Source: an uncultured virus (IMG/VR IMGVR_UViG_3300020439_001801)
Taxonomy: Duplodnaviria; Heunggongvirae; Uroviricota; Caudoviricetes
DNA length: 64,000 nt
IMG/VR virus record: IMGVR_UViG_3300020439_001801
Direction: 5' to 3' (one strand)
The notes beneath the pieces are model-generated. The model ran no database searches and was not told where the DNA came from. It saw only the letters and a list, made by a program, of their open reading frames with translations. Shown piece by piece: positions 8,682 through 19,287 of the stretch (position 1 is the first letter of the stretch; every line of letters starts with the position of its first letter). A program made the position numbers and the translations under genes.

Positions 8682-10766
8682 TTAAAACTCACCACCATCT
8701 AAGGTTAATGTTAGAGATGATATATCAGTTGAAGATACTAATTGTTTAGAACCATTAGTAACAACTAACTGAGAAGCGGTTAATCCACTAACTATTACAT
8801 TGTTTGAAATTGTTAATGTTGTACCACTTTCAGATAAAATCGAATCAGCGATTACACCAGCTGAACTAAATTTAGTAATTTTATCTCCAGTACCAGTACC
8901 AACTACTACTCTTGCTTCTGAACCTAATGCTCCAGCAATCCAGTAATCTTCACTAGCATCCCATAGTAATGAACCTGATGTTCCAGTTCCAACTGCATCT
9001 TTTACTAAGATACCAGCATCTGCAGCTGTTCCAGCATAGTTCAACTCCATAATGTTATCACCAATGTTTATTTGAGATGATGAAATATATGTTGTTGTAC
9101 CATTTACTGTTAAGTTACCAGGAATCGTAATAGTATCATTACCATCACCAAATGTTACATTACCTAAGTTAGCGTTAAGTGCTGCTGCTACTTGCGCTGA
9201 ACCTGAATGTACTCCATCTCCTAATTTAGATAAGAATGTTCCACTTAATTGTGATGAACCAGATACTACTCCACTTCCTTTAAGTATATTAGCAACTGAA
9301 ACCGATTCACCTAAATCAATTGTTCCACCATTACCAATTCCTATACCCGAATTTGCTAATTTTCCATTTGCAATTGAACCAGCTAATTGTGAATTAGCTA
9401 TATTTGTTATTTGCGATGAACCTGATACTACTCCACCAATAAGTTCAGCAGAAAGAGTATCACCAGTCAATATCATATTAACTTCTGAAGTATCTGAAAC
9501 TGCTAAGTTTGTATCAGATGAAATATCTACAGTTGTTAAGTATGAAGATGTTGCTGCGTTCAATGATGTATTAGCGTTTGATGCAGTAAATGCATTCAAT
9601 GATGTATTAGCGTTTGATGCAGTAAATGCATTCAACGAAGTGTTTAAGTTTTCATCAGATAACTTAATACCATTTGAACTTCTATCGATAGTTGAACCAT
9701 CTAATTTAACTCTAATATCAGATGAGTTTACTTCTAAACCATCACCTGTAAAGTCAGATGCATTGATATCTAAACCACTACCATTAGTCTTAGCAGTTAA
9801 TCCATCACCAGCGATTGAACCAGAATCTAAGGATACTTCAACAGTACCTGTTGTTCCACCACCAGTAATACCACTTCCTGCAGTTACACCAGCAATATCA
9901 CCAGAACCTGATTGGATTCCAGTACCACCAACTACTTCTTCTAATAAAGCTGCGTTAGAAAGTGTAGTACCTAATGTTACTGAAGTACCACCGATTGTGA
10001 TTGCATCCGCTGCTAATTTAGCGATTGGGATTTCATCATTATCGATTTCAGCAACAATCGTAGCTGCGATAGTATCATCAATCAATGAATTAATCTGAGC
10101 TGCTCCAGATACAATACCTGAACCTTTGAAGTCAACATCACCATGTGCTAAACTTGAAGTGAATGAATTTAATGAAGTATTAGCGTTACTTGCAGTGAAT
10201 GAGTTCAATGATGTATTTAAGTATGAAGAATCAACGTTTAGATTCTCCGAACCATCAGCATTTAAACCTGTACCAGCAAAATCAGATACATCAATATCTA
10301 ATGTTACTGAAGAATCTCCACTTTGGTTAGTAGTAAATGTACCACCAGTTTTTAAACCATCACCAGCAGTAATAGTTAAAGTTGAATCATTGATACCAGC
10401 TAATGCGGATACCTGTGAAGATGAAGATACAATACCTGAACCTTTGAAATCAATCTGTCCATGTGCTAATGTTACATCTATATTACCGCCTTTACCCAAA
10501 ATTTGTAATTTTTGGTCATCGGTTTTGTAGTAAGGAACACCATCGATTGAATGGTCAAAAGAACCACCAGTTACATCGATAGCTGCCGAACCTGTTAAAA
10601 TTTTGTTTGAGGGAGTTAACACATTTCCTTCAACCCCAACAAACAGTAAACCCTCTTGGTGTACTGATAAGTCAGAACCCGAAGCGATGATTAACTCACC
10701 ATTAATCGGGGTTATACCAGCAATACTCTCGAGTTTACCTCTTCTATGTTTAATAGTTTGAGCCAT
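8682..10766 (-). CDS. Tail fibre-like structural protein
   Basis: MAQTIKHRRG...GEL N-terminus, AG.GL repeats and LDGGEF C-terminus. Shares a module with 5000..8569. Confidence 0.8.
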   Translation of the reverse strand: MAQTIKHRRGKLESIAGITPINGELIIASGSDLSVHQEGLLFVGVEGNVLTPSNKILTGSAAIDVTGGSFDHSIDGVPYYKTDDQKLQILGKGGNIDVTLAHGQIDFKGSGIVSSSSQVSALAGINDSTLTITAGDGLKTGGTFTTNQSGDSSVTLDIDVSDFAGTGLNADGSENLNVDSSYLNTSLNSFTASNANTSLNSFTSSLAHGDVDFKGSGIVSGAAQINSLIDDTIAATIVAEIDNDEIPIAKLAADAITIGGTSVTLGTTLSNAALLEEVVGGTGIQSGSGDIAGVTAGSGITGGGTTGTVEVSLDSGSIAGDGLTAKTNGSGLDINASDFTGDGLEVNSSDIRVKLDGSTIDRSSNGIKLSDENLNTSLNAFTASNANTSLNAFTASNANTSLNAATSSYLTTVDISSDTNLAVSDTSEVNMILTGDTLSAELIGGVVSGSSQITNIANSQLAGSIANGKLANSGIGIGNGGTIDLGESVSVANILKGSGVVSGSSQLSGTFLSKLGDGVHSGSAQVAAALNANLGNVTFGDGNDTITIPGNLTVNGTTTYISSSQINIGDNIMELNYAGTAADAGILVKDAVGTGTSGSLLWDASEDYWIAGALGSEARVVVGTGTGDKITKFSSAGVIADSILSESGTTLTISNNVIVSGLTASQLVVTNGSKQLVSSTDISSLTLTLDGGEF
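9559..9635. repeat. Exact 36-bp in-frame tandem duplication (AFTASNANTSLN)
   Basis: ttcaatgatgtattagcgtttgatgcagtaaatgca at 9559-9594 and 9595-9630, followed by a partial third copy. Confidence 0.95.
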
Positions 10767-10822
10767 AATTTATAATTTTCTTTTTTTTACTCGTTTGTTA
10801 AAATCGTAACCTTTCATATTGC

Positions 10823-10860
10823 TTGGAGTATATACTCCGATTAAAATCCTATATAGGATT
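10823..10860. promoter_or_regulatory. Two tandem palindromes with TATATA core in the 5' leader of a fibre gene
   Basis: GGAGTATATACTCC (10825-10838) and AATCCTATATAGGATT (10845-10860) are perfect inverted repeats. Confidence 0.7.
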
Positions 10861-10870
10861 ATGTTCTATA

Positions 10871-10879
10871 CATAAGTAT
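10871..10879 (-). promoter_or_regulatory. Putative late promoter ATACTTATG
   Basis: One mismatch. Upstream of the palindromic leader and the 10766 start. Confidence 0.6.
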
Positions 10880-10891
10880 AGTAAATTTTTT

Positions 10892-11491
10892 TTAAATCTC
10901 TCCACCATCTAATTGTTCTCCAACACCATCTGTAAAGTGTGATGAACCTGTATTAATTAATAATGTTCCATCACTTGCAGATAATCCTAATCCAGCTACC
11001 GAACCACTATCAAAACTTACAACTACATCTCCACTTGGTCCTCCACCTAATATACCAGTACCAGCAGTTACTCTGGTAATATCACCAGAACCACCACCTC
11101 CTCCTCCAGAACCTGTTAGTTCTGATAAATCAACAGACATTGAGATTCTAGTTGACCCACTAACTTCTTGTCCAAAGAATGTTAACATCTTTACACCATC
11201 AAATGATGCTGATACAAATGAACCACTATTAAATGAAAATTCTGAAAAAGATATTGTATCATCATAGGTATCTATATAGTTTGCTTCTGTTATAGTTGCT
11301 TTATATAATGAACCACTATCTTCTGCATAAACAATTTGACCATCTGAAAAATAATTTATGGATGTAGATACCATTAAGTCTGTTGTTGCATATGTTTTAA
11401 AAGCACCTTTTATTCTTTCAATATCAGCTAATACAACATTTGAACCAGTTGCTAAATCGGATAATTTTACTATTGAACTAAATGATGGCAT
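10892..11491 (-). CDS. Small fibre-associated structural protein
   Basis: Gly run, GDIT.VTAG.G..GGG motif shared with 8682..10766, and LDGGEI C-terminus. Confidence 0.75.
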   Translation of the reverse strand: MPSFSSIVKLSDLATGSNVVLADIERIKGAFKTYATTDLMVSTSINYFSDGQIVYAEDSGSLYKATITEANYIDTYDDTISFSEFSFNSGSFVSASFDGVKMLTFFGQEVSGSTRISMSVDLSELTGSGGGGGGSGDITRVTAGTGILGGGPSGDVVVSFDSGSVAGLGLSASDGTLLINTGSSHFTDGVGEQLDGGEI

Positions 11492-11512
11492 TTTATTTTA
11501 TTTTTCTTTTAT

Positions 11513-11521
11513 TATAAATAT
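11513..11521 (-). promoter_or_regulatory. Putative late promoter ATATTTATA
   Basis: Recurrent motif upstream of 11491. Confidence 0.65.
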
Positions 11522-14500
11522 TATGTTGGTATAGAACCTGAACTTTCTGTTAAGCGTATTACAACTGAATTAGCTGCGTTGTGACCTCTTCTACCGATTA
11601 CAAAGTGTTTATCATATCCATTTATAGAACCACTTGTATCCAATAGATGTATTATTGATGATTCGTTTCCAAATCCACTACCATCTGCATTTATACTCAT
11701 TACATATTGTCCTTCTGTACTTCCACCGAATGAATCAGTCATCGATGTTGGTATTCCAATCATATCTGAACCAGATGGTACAATGATTATATATTGTTCT
11801 GCTGCTCCACCCATTGTATATGGATTTGATGCGCTTATAATTGTATCTAAATGTGAACCACTTAAAGTTGCTACTAAGTCTGCTTGCTTACCACCAGCTA
11901 AACTTAATGTAGATTCACCCAATGATGAACTTATTAATCTAAATGGTGATGTATCATTTGCGGTAAATGCAGTTACTTCAGGTGGTGTTGATGAATCTGT
12001 TGTATCTATTCCCATAACTGCTGGGTAGTTAGAACTTAATCCAGAATCAGAACCATAGTTTGAACGATATATGTAAACTTTCCCATAATCAGCTGATTGA
12101 GTTACTGAGAATGTTCTATCACTATATGTTGTTGATTTACCAAATTGGTCAAACACACTTACTGAATAAGTGTAAACTCTTTGAGTTAATGATGTAGTTG
12201 CTTGAATTCCTACAGATGAAGAGTTTGCGTTTGTAAATACTAATTGTAAATCAGAACCACTTATCGATGCTGAGAATGGTGTATCCGATTCTGTATCAGA
12301 TATACTCATACTTACCATAGTTACTCCATTAACTGCTGTATCCGTATTAAAGTTTGAAGGATGTTCAGTAAATGTTGCAGTTGGTGCTGAGTTAGCGAAT
12401 ACGTTTACAGTTACCGAACCACTACCAGTGTTTCCATATTCATCATCAAATGTAATATCTGTAGATATTGTATCACCACTTTCTGTAGTTGAACCACTTA
12501 AATTCAATGCTAATGTTAAGTTACCACTATTATCAACTGCGATAGCTGGATTAGATGAAGTAAATGATTGTACTGATGGTGAACCATGCGATGGTGAATA
12601 ACTTACAGTTAACTGAGAAGCGTTTCCATTGTTATATCCAGTTGCATCTCTCAATACTGCTCCACTAACTGCTGATTCTATAATGTAAGAAGTTGTATCA
12701 CCACCCAACGTACCAGTATCCGATTGTGTAATTGTAATCGCTTGTGATTCTGTATTTGTTCTGAAATGATGTTCATCTTCTATACTTGCGGTAAATCCAT
12801 AAGTAGTTGAACCACTCAATTGTGAAAGAGCAGTTACTTTAAATGAACTACCACTTAACGATGCGGTTAATTGTCCTGTTGGTTCTGTAAATGTAAATGA
12901 ATCTGTATCAACAGAATCTCCTTCAGTATCACTAAATCTAATACTTACTAATTCTTCAGAAGATGCTGAAGCTTGGTTTGTATTTAGTATCGATGATGAT
13001 ACGAATATAATATCAGGTGCAGCGTTTTGAGTTACATTTACAGTTAAACTATCTGTAGTAGTTGTACCAAATGAATTTGTAAATGTAATTGTAGATGATA
13101 TACTATCACCACTTTGTGTAGTTGAACCACTTAAATCTAATGCTAATGATAATTGTCCGTTTGAATCATTGATAGCGATAGCTGGGTTAGATGAAGTGAA
13201 TGTACCACTTTGGTTTGAACCATAATCCGCTTGAGTTCCACTAAATCCATTAGAACTAACTCGTATTAGTGCACCACTAACAGAGGATTCTATTACATAT
13301 GGACCTGCGACCCAGTTATCAGAAAGAGTAGCTGGTGTATCATCTGTAATTGGAATAGTTACTATTGCTTCATTGGATGCTGTATTGTATGCATCTCTAA
13401 CAGTTACCAAATATTGATATTCATTTATTAAATCAGAATTTATATATACACCCGTCTTACGAGTTACTTGTCCTGCTGAATTCATTTGGAATGGATTCTC
13501 ATGAGGGTCTGTAGCTTGTGATGTTCCACCATAAGAACCACTTGCTACGTTTGAATCATCTAATTCTAATTTATATAATGTAAATTGTGAGAATGTAATT
13601 GAATCTCCCTCAGAATCAGTTGCAGATATATTACCAACAGTTGCTCCATTTGAACTATTTTCACTAATAGAAGATAGAGTTTGATTGTTAATTGTTGGAT
13701 GTACGTTATCTACTACACTAATTGATACTGGTAAAACTGATATTGAATCCGAATCTTGCGAATTCTGATAATGTTCATCAGAAGCACTTAAACTAAATGT
13801 ATAAAGTGGATATGTTTCATAATCTAATGAACCTGTATTTTGTCTTATATCAATGTAAGTTGAATATTTTGTTATTGAAAAATGGTTTGCAGGTGATACT
13901 GAAGATGAATCAATTGTAATTGTATCACTTTCTGCATCAGTAAAGAATACTCTTTTTACTAATGTATCATCTGCTGAATTTTCATTTAAGTTTGCGGTAA
14001 CATTTGTAATTTGGTTACCCCCTACTGAAGTTTCTCTAAATATTGGTGCTGCGTTTGGAGTTACAAATATTGTAATATCTTTTTCAACAGTAGCGTTAAA
14101 TGTATCTGTTGCTGTTGCTGTAAATGTGTGTCCATGCGAACCACCTACTAAATCAGTATTGAATGATGATGATTCTGCTAAAGCGTTTAGAGTTACAACA
14201 CCATTTGATGCTACTCTAACCAAATCATCAGTATATGATGAAGCCGTACCAAATGTTACTGATTGAGCTTCTGGGTCAGTAGCTTCTAAAGTAAATATTG
14301 GTGATGAACTTGCGCTAAATTCAGCTATTGTTTGATTACCACTCGATATTGATGGTTCTGTATTAGGGAAGAATATTGCATCTAAGAAATCAATAATACT
14401 TCCACTTGTACCAGCGTTGAATGATGATGTATAGAATCCTTGTAAGTGAGCTTGAGAAATAACTCTGTTACCATTATATGAAATCGATGATGATACAGAA

Positions 14501-17500
14501 GAACCACTAATAAATCCTAAATCAGTAATTTGTTCTGAACCACTAATTGTTCCATTAGGTATGTTACTACCACTATTATGTGAAATGAATATAGCACCAC
14601 CCATATTACCATGTGCAGTACATTGGTAATAAAGTACATTAGGTGCTTCCATCGGTACATCAAAGATAAGAGTACCATTTGAAACATCATTGTTTGTTAC
14701 ACCATTGTTATATTGAGTACCAGTTGAACCATTCACAGTTGTTTGGATTCGGAATGGATGTGCACCCATATTATTGGTGAACTTATATTTTTGTCCTCTA
14801 ACTAAATAAATGTTAGGGTCTGAAGCTGAACCAGTAAATCCTGGTCCTTGAAATACATAATGATTCGAACCATCTGCGGTTAGATTCCACTCAGATGTAT
14901 ATTCAGCTATAGATGCTGAATTTACAGTCATTGATGAAGTATCTGAATTTGATATGTAAGAACCAGTTGCTGCTTCTATAGAGTCTAATCTACTATCAAT
15001 AGAAGAAGTTTCTGTTTCAATCGTACCAAATCTACTTTCAAAAGATGAAGTAGTGGATTCTAAATTTGTTATTCTTACACCAGCATTTAAAGATGAAGTA
15101 TAAGAATTTAAAGATGTATTTTCATTTGATGATGTAAACGAATGTATATTTGTTATGTTTATATCATTTGATTCTGTATATGCATTTAGTGATGTGTTTG
15201 TACCACCACTTTCACTTACAAATCCCAATGCGGTAATCTGTGCAGAACCACTAACAGTTCCAGCAGGTGCTTCTGTTAAATAAGAACCACTTGCGTTTTC
15301 TAATGAATCTAATCTTTGGTCTGTTGAACCTGTAAATGTGTTTAATGATGTAAGGTCTGTTCCTCCACCACCATATGAACCAGTATTCGCTTCAATTTGC
15401 CCAACTCTTTGTTCTAATGAAGAAGTTGTTGAATGAATATTAGTTATATTAATATCGTTTGATGCGGTATATGCATTTAGTGATGTATTTTCCGATGATT
15501 CAGAAATAAATCCTAAAGATGTTATTTGTTCTGAACCACTTACAATCCCACTTGGTACTGAAGTTAAATCTGTATAATCAACTGAACCACTTGAAGTTAA
15601 GTAAGATGATGTTGCTGCACTTAATGCATCTACCTCTGTTTGTATAGAAGAACTAAATGTGTTTAGTGATGTTGTTGAATCAGATGAAGAAATAAATCCT
15701 AATGAAGTAATCTGTGCAGAACCACTAATTGTTCCAGCAGGTGTACTATCTCCACTTTCACTTACGAATCCTAAAGCAGTTATCTGTGCAGATGAACTAA
15801 TTAATACTGAACCTGTAAATGCTTCTAATCTACCAGCTCTTTGCTCTAATGAAGAGGTTGTAGATTCTAAATTACTTAATTGTATGTTAGCTGAAGATGT
15901 GTATGTGTTTAATGATGTTGTAGAATCTGAAGAAGAAATAAATCCTAATCCAGTTATTTGTTCTGAACCACTAATTGTTCCATCAGGTGCGGTATCACTT
16001 GTACCACCAACTATCTGTCCACCAGGATTTACTGTACCTTGTATTACATTTCTTACAACTTGTCCACCAGCATTCAATAAATCAATAGATGATGTTGTAA
16101 TTCTAATGTTACCAATTTTAATTTGTTCATCATCAGCTTTTATTTCTGTAAGTACTGCTCCATCTTTAACAAACTTAATTGATTCAGATGTAATATATAA
16201 ATCTCTAAATGGTTTTTCTAATGAACCTAAATCATAAGTACTACCACTACCAGCTAATATTGAACCACTAAATGTTTGATTTCCATAGAAAATATTAGAT
16301 GATGTTACGGCAAATCCTAAATCAGTAACTTGCTGTGCACCACTTATAATACCACTACCAATTGATTCAAATGAACTTGATAGTTGGTCTGAACCACTAA
16401 CAGTTCCAGCAGGTGCTTGTGTTAAATAAGAACCACTTTCACCTTCTAATGAACCAATTCTTTGTTCAAATGATTCTGTTGCTGTTTGTACTTGGTCTAA
16501 TCTATCATCAAATGACGCTGATTCTGTAATACCAATTCCACCAGAAGTAAATCCTAATGCGGTAATTTGTGCGGATGATGATACTGTTCCACCTGGTGCT
16601 GTAGCGCTTAACTGTCCGTTTGATGGTGTTATATTATCACCAGCTATAGCGTTAATAAAATCAACTATTGATTCTTTTCTACTTCCATTACCATCTGATG
16701 CATCTACAAAACCAATAAAGTCATTAGCTACATTTATTACTGCGGTAGATAAACTTCCTAAATCAGTACTACCTCCACCACCGCCTCCACCAGCGTTACT
16801 TCCGTTTATTAAGAATAGTGATACAGTAGAACGTCCTCCTTCTGTATCCGAATTATGTAGAGCTATTGGTTCTGAAGATGATTGGTCTAATTTACCAACC
16901 ATTCTAACGTAAGAACCACTTTCAAAGAATGTAGTAGATACTCCACCACCATAAGCATAATCTGGTTCTTGTGATGGTGAACCAATACCAAAGGTTGAAC
17001 CACTAACATCTGCCCAACTGGAATTATCTGAACTTCTTTGCCATTTAAATAATGCTACTCTATCGTTATCATTTGCTTTGAATAATGTAAAGTTAGAATT
17101 TAATAAGTAAGTACCACTTGTAGTAATTCTAACAAAAGAACCATCTGATACAGTCCAATTTGAACTACCAGTTTCAAATAGTGGCATTGGTACGAATTCT
17201 AAGTTTTGATATGAATCAGTAAGTTCTTTTCTTACATAAGAACCACTACCACTCATCTCTAACTCAATAGCAGAAACTTCACCAGTTAATAAACTACCAC
17301 TTCTATATCCTAAATCTTCTAATTGTTCTGAACCTGAAATAATATCAGTTCCACCTAATACTTGAATTGAACCAGATACTACTCCTGCAGGAAATTGTTC
17401 TGATGAACTTATAATACCTGTTGGTAACATCGCAAGTTCTTCATAGTTTACCTGAATCGATGCACTTAATAATGTTTTTGTTCCACTAGCTCTTCCCTCA

Positions 17501-19287
17501 TATCTTTCATCATATGACATTGTAAGTTGTGAAGAACCACTAACTATACTTCTACCCGTTGTTTCGTAAGAGGAGGTAGCTCCCTCAATATTATCTAATC
17601 TTGCATCTATTGATGCTGTTTCTGTTTCAATCGTACCGAATCTACTTTGGAATGAAGAAGTTGTAGATTCAATAGTTTCAAATCTACTCTGGAATGAAGA
17701 AGTTGTTGATTCTACACTTCCAAATTTATTTTCAAAAGAAGAAGTTGTTACTTCTAAATTATTTAATCTAATTGTTGCTGAAGATGTATATTCATTTAAA
17801 GATGTATTAGCATTTGATGCCGTAAATGTATTTGTACCTTCAATAGATGAAGTAAACGATTCTAAGTTATTAAGTTGTATTTCTGTAGATGCTGTGAAAT
17901 TATTTAAGTGTCCTACAGATGCTCCAGAAGATTCTGATACGAATCCTAATGCCGTTATTTGTGCCGAACTACTAATTAGCACACTTCCAGTAAATGCGTT
18001 TATAGAAGCAGTTGCACTTGCTAAATCATCAACTCTAGTTTCTAATGAAGATGAAGTAAATTCAATTCTTTCTAATCTTTGGTCTGTTGATGATGTGTAT
18101 GCGTTAAATCCATCTAATCTTGTATCGGTAGATGATGTGTAAGAGTTGAGAGAACTAATTACTGTTTGGTCATCATATGAACCTGTATTTGATTCAATTT
18201 GTCCAACTCTTTGTTCTAATGAAGAAGTTGTGGATTCTATATTTGTTAATCTAATTGAAGTAGATGCAGTATATGCATTTAGTGATGAGTTTTCACCACC
18301 ACTTTCTGATACGAATCCTAAAGCGGTTATTTGTTCCGAACCTGATATTGTACCAGTTGGTATTGTATCTCCACTACTACTTACAAATCCTAACGCTGTA
18401 ATTTGAGCTGAACCACTAATTAAATCAGCTGGTAATTGTTCTGATGAACTAATAATACCACTTGTAAGTGATGTTAAATAAGATGATGTAGCAGCTGATA
18501 ATCCATCAACTTCTGTTTGAATTGATGATGTAAATACATTTAAGTTTTCTATGTTTGTTCGTGAACCAGATAAAACTGTACTTCCACCTAATATTTGTAT
18601 TGAACCACTTACTATTCCAGATGGTAAGTTAGTTAAATCATTATAATTTACTTGAGAAGAACCACTTATTACATCATCACCGCCTGGTCTAAGTACCGAA
18701 CCACTTACGATTCCTTCACCCAAATCAGTTGCGTATCTACTATCTAAATCTGTATATAATTGGTCTGATGCTGATATCAATCCAGCTGGTAGTTGTTCTG
18801 AAGATGAAAGTATTCCACTACTACCTAATACTTGTATTGAACCACTTACTATCCCTGCGGGTAAATCACTTAAACCTGTAAATGATACTTGAGATGAACC
18901 CGATACTACTCCTAATCCACCTACACTAAGGAAAGAACCACTAACTACACCATCACCATCGGTGTTTAAATATCTTGTATCGAATGTAGATAATAATTGA
19001 GCTGCTCCAGATACAATACCAGCTGGCAATTGTTCAGATGAACTAATTAAACCACCGGGTAGTTGTTCCGAACCACTAAAGATTCCTCTACCTGTTATTT
19101 CTACATTTGAAAGGGTACTACCATCACCAATAAAAGATGACCCACTAATATTACCACTAGCGCTAATTGAACCACTAACGTTTAATGAACCAGTTAAATG
19201 TGATGACCCACTTACTTCAAAAGTTCCTTCTACTAAGGATGCGGTTACTACACCACTAATCTGTTTACTTTGAATTAGATTGGCCAT
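11521..19287 (-). CDS. Giant (2588 aa) Ser-rich virion fibre/adhesin: coiled-coil repeats, cupredoxin-like module, cadherin/Ig-like repeats
   Basis: ISGS.QIT.LGF repeats and heptad LES.TSS..R repeats. YYQCTAHGNM module. Cadherin-like motifs ISENSSNG..VG.ISATDSEGD, LDYET and N.AP.F. Confidence 0.85.
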   Translation of the reverse strand: MANLIQSKQISGVVTASLVEGTFEVSGSSHLTGSLNVSGSISASGNISGSSFIGDGSTLSNVEITGRGIFSGSEQLPGGLISSSEQLPAGIVSGAAQLLSTFDTRYLNTDGDGVVSGSFLSVGGLGVVSGSSQVSFTGLSDLPAGIVSGSIQVLGSSGILSSSEQLPAGLISASDQLYTDLDSRYATDLGEGIVSGSVLRPGGDDVISGSSQVNYNDLTNLPSGIVSGSIQILGGSTVLSGSRTNIENLNVFTSSIQTEVDGLSAATSSYLTSLTSGIISSSEQLPADLISGSAQITALGFVSSSGDTIPTGTISGSEQITALGFVSESGGENSSLNAYTASTSIRLTNIESTTSSLEQRVGQIESNTGSYDDQTVISSLNSYTSSTDTRLDGFNAYTSSTDQRLERIEFTSSSLETRVDDLASATASINAFTGSVLISSSAQITALGFVSESSGASVGHLNNFTASTEIQLNNLESFTSSIEGTNTFTASNANTSLNEYTSSATIRLNNLEVTTSSFENKFGSVESTTSSFQSRFETIESTTSSFQSRFGTIETETASIDARLDNIEGATSSYETTGRSIVSGSSQLTMSYDERYEGRASGTKTLLSASIQVNYEELAMLPTGIISSSEQFPAGVVSGSIQVLGGTDIISGSEQLEDLGYRSGSLLTGEVSAIELEMSGSGSYVRKELTDSYQNLEFVPMPLFETGSSNWTVSDGSFVRITTSGTYLLNSNFTLFKANDNDRVALFKWQRSSDNSSWADVSGSTFGIGSPSQEPDYAYGGGVSTTFFESGSYVRMVGKLDQSSSEPIALHNSDTEGGRSTVSLFLINGSNAGGGGGGGSTDLGSLSTAVINVANDFIGFVDASDGNGSRKESIVDFINAIAGDNITPSNGQLSATAPGGTVSSSAQITALGFTSGGIGITESASFDDRLDQVQTATESFEQRIGSLEGESGSYLTQAPAGTVSGSDQLSSSFESIGSGIISGAQQVTDLGFAVTSSNIFYGNQTFSGSILAGSGSTYDLGSLEKPFRDLYITSESIKFVKDGAVLTEIKADDEQIKIGNIRITTSSIDLLNAGGQVVRNVIQGTVNPGGQIVGGTSDTAPDGTISGSEQITGLGFISSSDSTTSLNTYTSSANIQLSNLESTTSSLEQRAGRLEAFTGSVLISSSAQITALGFVSESGDSTPAGTISGSAQITSLGFISSSDSTTSLNTFSSSIQTEVDALSAATSSYLTSSGSVDYTDLTSVPSGIVSGSEQITSLGFISESSENTSLNAYTASNDINITNIHSTTSSLEQRVGQIEANTGSYGGGGTDLTSLNTFTGSTDQRLDSLENASGSYLTEAPAGTVSGSAQITALGFVSESGGTNTSLNAYTESNDINITNIHSFTSSNENTSLNSYTSSLNAGVRITNLESTTSSFESRFGTIETETSSIDSRLDSIEAATGSYISNSDTSSMTVNSASIAEYTSEWNLTADGSNHYVFQGPGFTGSASDPNIYLVRGQKYKFTNNMGAHPFRIQTTVNGSTGTQYNNGVTNNDVSNGTLIFDVPMEAPNVLYYQCTAHGNMGGAIFISHNSGSNIPNGTISGSEQITDLGFISGSSVSSSISYNGNRVISQAHLQGFYTSSFNAGTSGSIIDFLDAIFFPNTEPSISSGNQTIAEFSASSSPIFTLEATDPEAQSVTFGTASSYTDDLVRVASNGVVTLNALAESSSFNTDLVGGSHGHTFTATATDTFNATVEKDITIFVTPNAAPIFRETSVGGNQITNVTANLNENSADDTLVKRVFFTDAESDTITIDSSSVSPANHFSITKYSTYIDIRQNTGSLDYETYPLYTFSLSASDEHYQNSQDSDSISVLPVSISVVDNVHPTINNQTLSSISENSSNGATVGNISATDSEGDSITFSQFTLYKLELDDSNVASGSYGGTSQATDPHENPFQMNSAGQVTRKTGVYINSDLINEYQYLVTVRDAYNTASNEAIVTIPITDDTPATLSDNWVAGPYVIESSVSGALIRVSSNGFSGTQADYGSNQSGTFTSSNPAIAINDSNGQLSLALDLSGSTTQSGDSISSTITFTNSFGTTTTDSLTVNVTQNAAPDIIFVSSSILNTNQASASSEELVSIRFSDTEGDSVDTDSFTFTEPTGQLTASLSGSSFKVTALSQLSGSTTYGFTASIEDEHHFRTNTESQAITITQSDTGTLGGDTTSYIIESAVSGAVLRDATGYNNGNASQLTVSYSPSHGSPSVQSFTSSNPAIAVDNSGNLTLALNLSGSTTESGDTISTDITFDDEYGNTGSGSVTVNVFANSAPTATFTEHPSNFNTDTAVNGVTMVSMSISDTESDTPFSASISGSDLQLVFTNANSSSVGIQATTSLTQRVYTYSVSVFDQFGKSTTYSDRTFSVTQSADYGKVYIYRSNYGSDSGLSSNYPAVMGIDTTDSSTPPEVTAFTANDTSPFRLISSSLGESTLSLAGGKQADLVATLSGSHLDTIISASNPYTMGGAAEQYIIIVPSGSDMIGIPTSMTDSFGGSTEGQYVMSINADGSGFGNESSIIHLLDTSGSINGYDKHFVIGRRGHNAANSVVIRLTESSGSIPT

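Noticed and set aside
9559..18500. Short DNA repeats as a CRISPR array
   Set aside because: The repeats are in-frame peptide repeats without a regular repeat-spacer period, and there are no cas genes.
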